DNA of 64,000 nt from Planctomycetota bacterium (GTDB lineage Bacteria > Planctomycetota > SZUA-567 > H5-PLA8): contig JAHCJK010000001.1 of the NCBI GenBank assembly GCA_026184295.1, positions 24,862-88,861 of the forward strand, read 5' to 3'. The notes below the pieces were generated by a model, which saw only the letters and a program-made list of their open reading frames with translations, was not told the origin of the DNA and searched no databases. The position numbers were made by a program, and so were the translations under genes. Shown here one piece after another: positions 56,670-64,000 of the stretch; positions within the stretch are counted from its first letter, which is position 1, and each line of letters opens with the position of its first letter.

Positions 56670-56683
56670 TGGGAACGTTCCCA
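56670..56683. promoter_or_regulatory. 14-bp perfect palindrome TGGGAACGTTCCCA (candidate LacI-family operator) about 44 bp upstream of the PhyH start
   Basis: gaatgggaacgttcccaat. The identical 19-mer recurs at 57762. Confidence 0.6.
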
Positions 56684-56708
56684 ATCCAATCCAAAATAAA
56701 TGGCCCGC

Positions 56709-57725
56709 CTAGGCCTGCGACGACGCCCGCGCGTACAGCATCCCGAGCACCTCGCGGGGCTGCGCCTTCGCGCGCCCGTCGCTCAGCCAGCGGTCGATCT
56801 CTTCCACGGCGATCTCGCCCATGCGCATGAACGGTTGCTCGTACGACGTGCACGCCGGATCGAGGTACCGCGGCGCCTCCAGGTCGTCGAAGGTGACCAC
56901 CTTCACGTCCGAACCGATGCGAATTCCGCGCGCCTTCAAGAACGCGTACGCCTGCAAGAGGCCCTCCTTGTGGCCCATCAGCAGGCCGTCGGGCGCATCC
57001 GCGCCGCCAAAGGCGTTCTCCAGCGCGGCCTGGACTTCGGCGCCGTGCATGTACGCCGCGCCGGCGTGCAGCGTCAGGTGCTGCGCGTCGAGGCCGAAGC
57101 TGCGCCAGGCCGCGCGGATGCCGTCGCCGAACGCGCCGTACTGGGCGCTCAGCCAGTCGAACGCGAGCACCCGCCGGCAGCCGCTCTGGACCAGATGCCC
57201 GCAGAGCGTCCGGCCCGCATGGGTGAAATCGGTCCAGGCGTACAGGTCGCGCGGGCGTTCCGGGTGCCGCCAGTTCACGCCGATCCAGGGGATGCGGTAC
57301 TTGTCGAGCAGTTCGAGGGTGGGGATGGGCATCGGGCCGAGCAGGAAGACCGCGCGCACGTACTTTTCGACCGCCAGGCGCCGCAGCGCTTCGCCGTCGT
57401 GGATGTTCTCGATGAAGATCTGCAGGTCGTAGCCGAGCCGCTTCGCGCCGCGCGCAATGCCTTCCAGTTTGGGAGCCGCGACGAGGCTGCTCAGCGCGCC
57501 GAACGACTGGTGGTCGGGCACCACGATGCCGAGCACGCGGTTCTCGCCCTTGCGCAGCGTCCGCGCGGCCGCGTTGGCGCGGTAGCGCATCGTCCGGGCG
57601 ATCGCGAGCACCCGCTCGCGCGTCGCCTCGCTTACGCTGCCGTTCCCGGAAAGCACGCGCGCTGCCGTGGACTTGCCGACCCCGGCGCGGCGGGCGATCT
57701 CGACGATGTTGGGCGCGCTCTGCAT
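56709..57725 (-). CDS. LacI-family transcriptional regulator
   Basis: N-terminal HTH IVEIARRAGVGKSTAARVLSG and PBP-like C-terminal domain. Start at MQSAPN. Confidence 0.8.
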   Translation of the reverse strand: MQSAPNIVEIARRAGVGKSTAARVLSGNGSVSEATRERVLAIARTMRYRANAAARTLRKGENRVLGIVVPDHQSFGALSSLVAAPKLEGIARGAKRLGYDLQIFIENIHDGEALRRLAVEKYVRAVFLLGPMPIPTLELLDKYRIPWIGVNWRHPERPRDLYAWTDFTHAGRTLCGHLVQSGCRRVLAFDWLSAQYGAFGDGIRAAWRSFGLDAQHLTLHAGAAYMHGAEVQAALENAFGGADAPDGLLMGHKEGLLQAYAFLKARGIRIGSDVKVVTFDDLEAPRYLDPACTSYEQPFMRMGEIAVEEIDRWLSDGRAKAQPREVLGMLYARASSQA

Positions 57726-57761
57726 GAAGGCTCCGGTGGTTCCACGGTTCCCTGTTCTGAA

Positions 57762-57775
57762 TGGGAACGTTCCCA
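57762..57775. promoter_or_regulatory. Second copy of palindrome TGGGAACGTTCCCA, about 37 bp upstream of the LacI regulator start (candidate autoregulatory operator)
   Basis: ctgaatgggaacgttcccaatatt. Confidence 0.6.
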
Positions 57776-57963
57776 ATATTAGCCCGGCGGGCCGCGCTGT
57801 CAACAGGTTCTTTTGCGATACCGGACGGCCGGGCGTGGAGGCCCGGTACCAGGGGTAGCGCGGATAGGCCAGTCCGAGAGGCCGGCACCCCGACCGCCTG
57901 CCATTGGCAAGATGTGAAATTTCGCTATCCTCCTGGGGTTCGGCAACCTCTCGAGGAGCCTTC

Positions 57964-59007
57964 ATGCCGTCATCCAATTCCGGCCAGATCACCACCATCG
58001 AACGCCACATCCTCGACCAGCAGCACCATTACCCGGATGCCAGCGGCGCGCTGACCAACCTGCTTTACGACCTGGCCCTGTGCGGCAAGATCATCGCCAG
58101 CAAGGTCATCCAGGCCGGCCTGATGGACGTGCTCGGCAAGACCGGGCTCCAGAACGTCCAGGGCGAGGAAGTGCAGAAACTCGACGAGTTCGCCGACGAG
58201 ACCATCTTCAAGCTCAACGACCACACCGGCCGCCTGGCCGTGATGGGCAGCGAAGAACACGACGAGATCATCCCGATCCCGAAGAAGTACAAGACCGGCA
58301 AGTACGTCCTGCTCTACGACCCGCTCGACGGTTCCTCGAACATCGACGTGAACGTGAGCGTCGGGTCGATCTTCGCGATCTTCAAACGCAAGTCGCCCGA
58401 AGGCACCCCCGGCACGCTGGAAGACGTGCTCCAGCCGGGCCGCGACCTCGTCGCCGCCGGCTACATCATCTACGGGTCGAGCACCATGCTGGTGTATTCG
58501 ACGGGGCAGGGCGTGCACGGCTTCACGCTCAACCGCATGCTCGGCGAGTTCCTCCTCTCGCACCCGAACATCCGCACGCCCGAAAAGCCCAAGTACTACA
58601 GCGTCAACCAGGCGTACGAACCCTACTGGAGCCCCGGCGTGCTGCGGTACGTGCGCTACCTCCAGACGGGCGAAGGCGAGCCCGAAAAGCTGGGGCTCTC
58701 GCTGCGCTACATCGGTTCGCTGGTCGCGGATTTCCACCGCAACCTGCTCAACGGGGGGCTCTTCTGCTACCCGGCCGACCGCAAGGATCCCAAGAAGCCC
58801 GGCGGCAAGCTGCGCCTGCTGTACGAGGCCGCGCCGCTCGCGTTTCTGGCCGAACAGGCCGGCGGCGCCGCCACCGACGGGCGCCAGCGCATCCTCGACA
58901 TCGCGCCGGCCTCGCTGCATCAGCGCGTGCCGCTGTACATCGGCGACAAGAAACTCTGCGAGAAGGCCGAGCAGTACATCCAGAAATACGACGGGGCGGG
59001 CGCGTGA
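57964..59007 (+). CDS. fbp: Fructose-1,6-bisphosphatase class I
   Basis: Strong family similarity throughout ([59 protein letters not shown]). Confidence 0.9.
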   Translation: MPSSNSGQITTIERHILDQQHHYPDASGALTNLLYDLALCGKIIASKVIQAGLMDVLGKTGLQNVQGEEVQKLDEFADETIFKLNDHTGRLAVMGSEEHDEIIPIPKKYKTGKYVLLYDPLDGSSNIDVNVSVGSIFAIFKRKSPEGTPGTLEDVLQPGRDLVAAGYIIYGSSTMLVYSTGQGVHGFTLNRMLGEFLLSHPNIRTPEKPKYYSVNQAYEPYWSPGVLRYVRYLQTGEGEPEKLGLSLRYIGSLVADFHRNLLNGGLFCYPADRKDPKKPGGKLRLLYEAAPLAFLAEQAGGAATDGRQRILDIAPASLHQRVPLYIGDKKLCEKAEQYIQKYDGAGA

Positions 59008-60608
59008 GCGACGCGCCGGCGCTCTCGGCGGCCGAAGCGTCAAGCCGGGCCTCCCAGGGGCGCACGCGCACCGTGCTGTACCTGTACGTCGGCGCGCCGT
59101 CCGAATGGACCGACGAGGCCGCCGCCACGCAGCCCGACGGGCCCGACCGCGAACTCCAGCGCCTCTTCGATCCCATCGTCCGGGCGCTCGGCGGCTCGGT
59201 CATGAAGGCCGCGGGCGGGGCGTTTCTGGTCGAATTCTTCAGCGCCACCGACGGCGTCGTCTGCGCGCTCGCGATGCTCGACGCGCTGCGCCAGCGCAAC
59301 GACCACCTCCCGGAAATCCAGACCCGCCGCGCGCGCGCCGCGCTCGACACCGGCCGCGTCGAGGAACTCGACGGCGTGCCCATCGGCGCGGCTCTGGAGA
59401 TCGCCCAGGGCCTGGCCGAATGCACCGCCGAAGGCGATGTCTGCCTGACCGAACAGACGCAGCGCCTGGTGGACGCGTCCTTCCTGCCGTCGAAGGCCGT
59501 CGGCGACCGCGAAATCCCCGGCGCGGGCTGCTCGCGAAGAATCTTCCGCGCGGTCAACGACGCGCATTCGCCGGCGATCCGCAGGATCGTGGCGGCCGTG
59601 CGGGTGAAGGACGGCGCGGCCGAAATCCGCGGGCTCGTCGCGCAGGACCGCCGCGCCAAGCGCTGGGTGCTCGCCGCGGCCGCGGTCTCGCTGCTGCTGG
59701 CCGCGGCGCTGGTCTTCGGGACGTGGTTCGTGCGCCAGGGCGGCTTCGGGCGCGATCCCGCCGCCTTCGCGCGCGAACAGCTCGCCCGGGGCGACGCCTT
59801 CGGCGCCTACCAGACCGCCGCCGCCGCGCTGAGCCGCCGGCCGGGCGACCCGAAGCTCGCCGAACTGGCCGTGGACGCCGCCGGCAAGCACGTGGACGAC
59901 CTCGCGCGCCGCCGCGCAAGCGAAGCGGCGCTCAAGTGGCTCGACGCCGAGATGATCCTGCACGAGGAACTGCAGCCGCTGGCCGGGCGCCGCGCCGTCC
60001 TGGACGTCGAAGTCTCCGTAGAGAAACTTCTGGCCAGCGGCAAGTCCGCGCCGGACGTTATGGACGGCGTCCGCGAACTGCTCGCCCGGCACCCGCAGCC
60101 CGACGTGCCCGTCGTCGCCGCCGCGCGCATCCGCCGCCGCAACCTCGGCGCCAGCGAACTCTGGCTGTACGAAGAAGCCTTCCGCCGCGGGTTCAAGGCG
60201 ACCAACCTGGACATCTTCGACGCCTGCGTGGAAACGCTCGCCCGGCACGCCCCGCGCGCCCCCGACGCGCAGCGCGCGCACGAACTGATCCGCCGGAACT
60301 TCCCCAAGGAACGCCTGGCCTGGGCCGAGAAGACGCTCGACAAGGGCGACGGCTTCGCGTGGATCAACGCCTACGCGATCGTGGACGAACTGAACCTCCC
60401 GAAGGAAAAGGACCCGCTGTACGAGTCGCTCGCGAAGGTGCTGAACGGCGAAGAGATCGACCAGTTCGGCAAGATTCTGCTGCGCCTGCGCAAGGACGAA
60501 CGCCGCCGCGCCGGCTTCATCCTCGCCAAGTCCCTCGAAGCGAACGCGATCGGCGGCTCCGCCCGCGACGAAGTGGAGACGCTGGCGCAGAAGCTGCGGA
60601 CGGAGTGA
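59004..60608 (+). CDS. Membrane protein with degenerate cyclase-homology-like N-terminal domain and helical C-terminal domain
   Basis: GTG start overlapping the fbp stop (GTGA). N-terminal region resembles a class III nucleotidyl cyclase domain ([33 protein letters not shown]) but lacks the canonical metal-binding Asp pair. TM helix [23 protein letters not shown]. Confidence 0.4.
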   Translation: MSDAPALSAAEASSRASQGRTRTVLYLYVGAPSEWTDEAAATQPDGPDRELQRLFDPIVRALGGSVMKAAGGAFLVEFFSATDGVVCALAMLDALRQRNDHLPEIQTRRARAALDTGRVEELDGVPIGAALEIAQGLAECTAEGDVCLTEQTQRLVDASFLPSKAVGDREIPGAGCSRRIFRAVNDAHSPAIRRIVAAVRVKDGAAEIRGLVAQDRRAKRWVLAAAAVSLLLAAALVFGTWFVRQGGFGRDPAAFAREQLARGDAFGAYQTAAAALSRRPGDPKLAELAVDAAGKHVDDLARRRASEAALKWLDAEMILHEELQPLAGRRAVLDVEVSVEKLLASGKSAPDVMDGVRELLARHPQPDVPVVAAARIRRRNLGASELWLYEEAFRRGFKATNLDIFDACVETLARHAPRAPDAQRAHELIRRNFPKERLAWAEKTLDKGDGFAWINAYAIVDELNLPKEKDPLYESLAKVLNGEEIDQFGKILLRLRKDERRRAGFILAKSLEANAIGGSARDEVETLAQKLRTE

Positions 60609-60679
60609 GCCGCGCTTCGCATGTTGTTGCGGTCTGACCGACGTCCTCGCTAAGTGCCCGAGAACATCCCAACGAAAGC

Positions 60680-60900
60680 ATCCCTCGCCCCCGCGAAGTG
60701 CGGGGGAGAGGGCGCAGGGTGAGGGGGCGCAGGGTGAGGGGGCGCAGGTGTGCCTGCCCAACCCGCGCAAGCAAGCGTTCCGGCCAGAAGGTCTTCCGCG
60801 CGATTTGACGGTTGCATTTCCGGGACACCGGCGCCCCCTCACCCTCAATCTCTCTCCCCCACAACAGCGTGGGGGCGAGGGAAGGGTGCAAGTGTGGGAT
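60680..60900. repeat. G-rich direct and inverted repeats in intergenic region (gagggggcgcagggt x3 and complementary gcgccccctcaccctc)
   Basis: ccctcgcccccgcgaagtgcgggggagagggcgcagggtgagggggcgcagggtgagggggcgcaggtg ... ggcgccccctcaccctcaatctctctcccccacaacagcgtgggggcgaggg. Confidence 0.6.
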
Positions 60901-61155
60901 TTTGACTCTTAGCAATTCGAAAGCGATGGAGCACGAGATATCGACAGGCGAATGGAATGCGATGGCTTATCCACTCGGCACTTCCTTGCCAACCTATAAA
61001 GAGCAATGCCCCATCAGGTTCCCCGTGGATCACGGCTCCGGACCAATCCAAAATCCCCAATCCAAAATCGAAAATAGCCGTAACCCATTCGCCTTCCTCC
61101 TTCTCTCCACGGTGACGCCGGTCCGGCGAAACCAAGGAATGAAAGGAGCTTACCT

Positions 61156-61590
61156 ATGTCCGTCGATGCAAAGGCTGCCGCGGTGGCGGCGTTCAAGGAA
61201 GGCTGGGGGGATGCGGCGCCGCCCGTGGCGGCGACCGAAGACGAAAAGACTTGGGGGATGCTCGCGAACCTCCTGGGCCTCTTCTTCGTCGTCGGCCCGG
61301 CCATCGCCTGGTTCCTCAAGGGCGATTCGAAGTACGTGAAGTTCCACGCGCTGCAGATGATCCTGGTCAACCTCGCGAGCTTCGCGGTGGGCATCGTGCT
61401 CGGCGTGGTCTTTACGGTGCTCGCGGCGGTCCCCGCCGTGGGCTGGACGGTGATCTCCATCGTCAGCCCGCTCTTTTCGCTCTGCATGCTGGGCCTGCTC
61501 GCCTTTCTGGCGCTGAAGGCCAAGAACGGCGTGCTCTTCAAGGTTCCGGCGCTCGGCGCCTTCGCGTTCAAGACCGTGTACCCGGCCTAA
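61156..61590 (+). CDS. Small integral membrane protein (DUF4870-like, HALQ motif)
   Basis: Multiple TM helices. FHALQ motif typical of DUF4870-type proteins. Confidence 0.55.
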   Translation: MSVDAKAAAVAAFKEGWGDAAPPVAATEDEKTWGMLANLLGLFFVVGPAIAWFLKGDSKYVKFHALQMILVNLASFAVGIVLGVVFTVLAAVPAVGWTVISIVSPLFSLCMLGLLAFLALKAKNGVLFKVPALGAFAFKTVYPA

Positions 61591-61634
61591 ACCGCGCGAA
61601 CCCTCCGGTTCGCCACAACCAAGGAGAATGATCG

Positions 61635-62195
61635 ATGAAAGCGTTCGCCAGTTTCATGTTCGCCCTCTTGGCCGTCGTGCAGTTGGGGTGTTCCGCCGCC
61701 GATACGAAGACGACCGCCGCGGAGAATCCCTACAAGAAGGCCAAGGTCGGGCAGTGGTCGGAATACAAGACCGTCAGCGAGATCATGGGCACCAAGACCG
61801 AGGTGAAGGCGAAGACCACCATCACCGCCAAGGACGAGGCCTCCGTCACGCTCTCCACCGTGACCGAAGTCAACGGGACCGCGCTGCCCGCGCAGACGGT
61901 GGTGATCAAGTTCGAGGACCTCGAGAAGGCGCAGCAGACGGTCAAGTCCGAGGAACTTGAGAAGGGCAGCGAGACCCTGAGCGTCGGCGGGAAGTCGTAC
62001 GCATGCACCTGGGTCAAGACCAAGGTCACGGCCGAGGCCAACGGCGCGAAGTCCGTCACCATCGCCAAGGTCTGGGTCTGCGAAGACGTGCCCCTGAGCG
62101 GGCTGGTGAAATCCGAATCGACGACCACCACCGAGATGAACGGCAACGAGATGAAGACCGTCGCGACGATGGAACTGCTGGGCGCGGGAAGCTGA
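61635..62195 (+). CDS. Lipoprotein, hypothetical
   Basis: Signal peptide with lipobox-like LGCSA. Thr/Lys-rich mature part. Confidence 0.55.
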   Translation: MKAFASFMFALLAVVQLGCSAADTKTTAAENPYKKAKVGQWSEYKTVSEIMGTKTEVKAKTTITAKDEASVTLSTVTEVNGTALPAQTVVIKFEDLEKAQQTVKSEELEKGSETLSVGGKSYACTWVKTKVTAEANGAKSVTIAKVWVCEDVPLSGLVKSESTTTTEMNGNEMKTVATMELLGAGS

Positions 62196-62410
62196 ACGCA
62201 GTGAACAGTGGTCAGTGATTAGTGGACAGTGATTAGTGAACAGTGATCAGTGAACGGCAACAGCAACGGCAGGGATCGTGGGCGCACGCCACGATCCCTG
62301 CGTTGCTTTTCACTGATCACTGATCACTCTTCACTGATCACTCTCCACTGTCCACTGATCACTGTCCACTGATCCCCGTCCACTCGTCACCGATCACTGC
62401 CCACTGCTCG
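62196..62410. repeat. Heptamer-repeat hairpin element, cagtgat variant
   Basis: cagtgaacagtggtcagtgattagtggacagtgattagtgaacagtgatcagtgaac ... central hairpin ggcagggatcgtgggcgcacgccacgatccctgc ... cactgatcactgatcactcttcactgatcactctccactgtccactgatcactgtccactgatcc. Confidence 0.8.
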
Positions 62411-62446
62411 ATTGTCTTACGTCCGATCCGGGATAGGCTGTGCCCT

Positions 62447-63181
62447 ATGGTCGGCTTCGAAACCTCGGCGGTCGGCGGCAAAGGCGCGTTTCCGTCCACG
62501 CGCTGGACGGTCGTGCTGCGTGCGAAGGGCGGGGGAGAAGGCGAGGGCGACCGCCGCGAGGCCCTCGGTGCGCTGATCGAAGCCTACTGGCGGCCGCTTT
62601 ACTTCTACCTGCGCGGCACGCGCCTGACCGTCGAAGACGCCAAGGACCTCACGCAGGCCTTCTTCGCCGCGCTGCTCGAGAAGGACTTCCTCAAGGTCGT
62701 GGACCGCGAGAAAGGCAAGTTCCGCACCTTCCTGCTCGTCGCGATCAAGCACTTCGTCAGCAACGAACGCGACAAGGCGCGCGCGCAGAAGCGCGGCGGC
62801 GGGCGCAAGCACCTGCCGCTCGACTTCGACGACGCCGAACGGAACTTCTCGCGCGAACCGGCCACGCTGGAGACCCCGGAAAAGCTCTTTCTGCGCAAGT
62901 GGGCCCAGGACCTGAGCGCCCTCGCGCTGGCACTGCTGGAAGCGGATTTCGCCGAACGCGGCAAGGGCAAGCTCTTCCAGGCCCTGCGCCCGCACTTGGC
63001 CGGCGGCAAGGACTACGAAGCCCTGGCCGAAGAACTCGGCATGTCCGTCGCGAACCTGAAGGTGACCGTGCACCGCGCGCGGCAGCGCTACGCCGAGGTG
63101 CTCCGCCAGGCCGTCCGCGACACGGTGCGCTCCGACGCCGACGTGGACGACGAACTGCGCGAACTGCTCGACGCGCTGTAG
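62447..63181 (+). CDS. ECF sigma factor of the kinase-associated type (PSTRWT signature)
   Basis: FPSTRWTVVLRA N-terminal signature. Region 2 (AYWRPLYFYL) and region 4 (YEALAEELGMSVANLKVTVHRARQRY). Immediately followed by a Ser/Thr kinase. Confidence 0.7.
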   Translation: MVGFETSAVGGKGAFPSTRWTVVLRAKGGGEGEGDRREALGALIEAYWRPLYFYLRGTRLTVEDAKDLTQAFFAALLEKDFLKVVDREKGKFRTFLLVAIKHFVSNERDKARAQKRGGGRKHLPLDFDDAERNFSREPATLETPEKLFLRKWAQDLSALALALLEADFAERGKGKLFQALRPHLAGGKDYEALAEELGMSVANLKVTVHRARQRYAEVLRQAVRDTVRSDADVDDELRELLDAL

Positions 63182-63245
63182 CGGAAAGCCCCGCGCCTCC
63201 GAATATTTCCTGTAACCCGGCGGGCCCCTTCTGTAATACCTAGGC

Positions 63246-64000
63246 ATGGCAACCACGGCTCCCTTGTGTTCGAAATGCGGCAGCGCATTGGATGGCGGCA
63301 GCGGCGACGTCTGCTCCAAATGCCTCCTTAAACTGGGCCTGTCCACCCGCGACGACGAGGCCCTCCAGCCGGGGCAGGTCTTCCACGGCCTGGAGATCGA
63401 ACGGAAACTCGGCGCGGGCGGCATGGGCGTGGTCTACAAGGCGCGCCAGGCCAACCTCGAACGCTCCGTCGCGATCAAGGTGCTGCCGAGGGCCCTCAGC
63501 GAAGACCCCGAATTCACCCTGCGCTTCATGCGCGAAGCGCGCGCGCTGGCGGCGCTGAACCATCCGAACATCGTCGCGGTCTACGATTTCGGCGAGGAAG
63601 GCGGGCGCTACTTCTTCGTCATGGAATTCGTGGACGGCACCAGCCTCCGCCCGGTGCTCGACCGCAAGGCCATGACCGCGCCCGAGGCGATCAAGATCGT
63701 CCCGATGCTCTGCGACGCCCTGGAATACGCCCACGCCGAAGGCGTCGTGCACCGCGACATCAAGCCCGAGAACATCCTGATCGACAAGAAAGGCCGCGTG
63801 AAGATCGCCGACTTCGGCCTGGCCAAGCTGCTCGACAAGACCGGCTCGCGCCAGGAAACCAAGATGACGCAGACCAACGTCGTCATGGGCACGCCGCACT
63901 ACATGGCCCCCGAACAGTACGAGAACGCCAAGAGCGTGGACCACCGCGCGGACATCTATTCGATGGGCGTGCTCTTCTACGAGATGCTCACCGGCGAACT
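63246..64000 (+). CDS. Serine/threonine protein kinase (3' end runs off the window)
   Basis: Manual translation from ATG near 63246: N-terminal Cys4 cluster (CSKCGSALDGGSGDVCSKC). Kinase motifs LGAGGMGVVYKA, AIKVL, HRDIKPENILI, DFGLAK, GTPHYMAPE. Not in the ORF track because no stop lies within the window. Confidence 0.85.
   Translation, partial: MATTAPLCSKCGSALDGGSGDVCSKCLLKLGLSTRDDEALQPGQVFHGLEIERKLGAGGMGVVYKARQANLERSVAIKVLPRALSEDPEFTLRFMREARALAALNHPNIVAVYDFGEEGGRYFFVMEFVDGTSLRPVLDRKAMTAPEAIKIVPMLCDALEYAHAEGVVHRDIKPENILIDKKGRVKIADFGLAKLLDKTGSRQETKMTQTNVVMGTPHYMAPEQYENAKSVDHRADIYSMGVLFYEMLTGE

Noticed and set aside
43763-62410. CRISPR array interpretation of the tandem heptamer repeats
   Set aside because: Units are only 7 nt and directly abut one another with no unique spacers. 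Arrays are very short (4-8 units). No cas genes are present. They are better described as simple-sequence or REP-like elements.
1-64000. Mobile genetic element, prophage or genomic island
   Set aside because: No transposase, integrase, recombinase, phage structural gene, tRNA integration site or direct-repeat-bounded region was found. GC content looks uniform apart from short AT-rich promoter patches, so the region appears to be native chromosome.

Overview
This 64-kb window is about 68% GC, densely coded on both strands, and looks chromosomal. I support roughly 58 CDSs. I found no rRNA, tRNA, CRISPR array, transposase or integrase. Because of the high GC, almost every real gene has a long arginine-, glycine- or alanine-rich shadow ORF on the opposite strand or in another frame. 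I selected genes by recognisable family motifs, signal peptides or transmembrane segments, plausible start codons with ribosome-binding sites, and start/stop overlaps (ATGA, GTGA) with neighbours. Where I re-picked a start I counted codons from the ORF-track ends. Repeat and operator coordinates were counted by eye and are good to about +/-2 nt.

Gene content falls into four groups.
1. Signal transduction: three ECF sigma factors (one with a zinc-finger anti-sigma factor downstream and a Ser/Thr kinase upstream, one fused to a C-terminal extension, one followed by a Ser/Thr kinase); three regulators with a GntR-type helix-turn-helix fused to a sugar-binding domain; two LacI, three AraC, one XylR-like and one GntR/FCD regulator.
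2. Glycan and sulfate catabolism: a heparinase II/III-like lyase, two neighbouring cytoplasmic sulfatase-family proteins (one with the canonical CxPxR formylglycine motif, one with Thr at that position), a GH4 glycosidase and an outer-membrane porin.
3. Three phytanoyl-CoA dioxygenase (PhyH)-family enzymes and two paralogous FG-GAP/ASPIC proteins, arranged as two copies of the same regulator cassette.
4. An RtcB-PrfH RNA-repair pair, plus housekeeping genes: arginase, MurD, an Orn/DAP decarboxylase, class I FBPase, ScpB, an aminotransferase, a 2-hydroxyacid dehydrogenase and a CoA-transferase.

The most unusual non-coding signal is a dispersed family of tandem heptamer arrays (unit roughly CAG[G/T]G[A/G]N, for example tcaggga, tcaggat, cagtgat). 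They sit immediately after stop codons at six or more loci and often form long hairpins. There is also a roughly 213-bp near-perfect inverted repeat that fills one convergent intergenic region. A 14-bp perfect palindrome, TGGGAACGTTCCCA, occurs twice, flanking a LacI regulator gene, and is most simply a LacI-family operator.

The gene mix (sulfatases, ECF sigma plus Ser/Thr kinase pairs, FG-GAP/ASPIC proteins) is consistent with a free-living heterotroph, possibly from the Planctomycetes-Verrucomicrobia-Chlamydiae superphylum. That is inference only.
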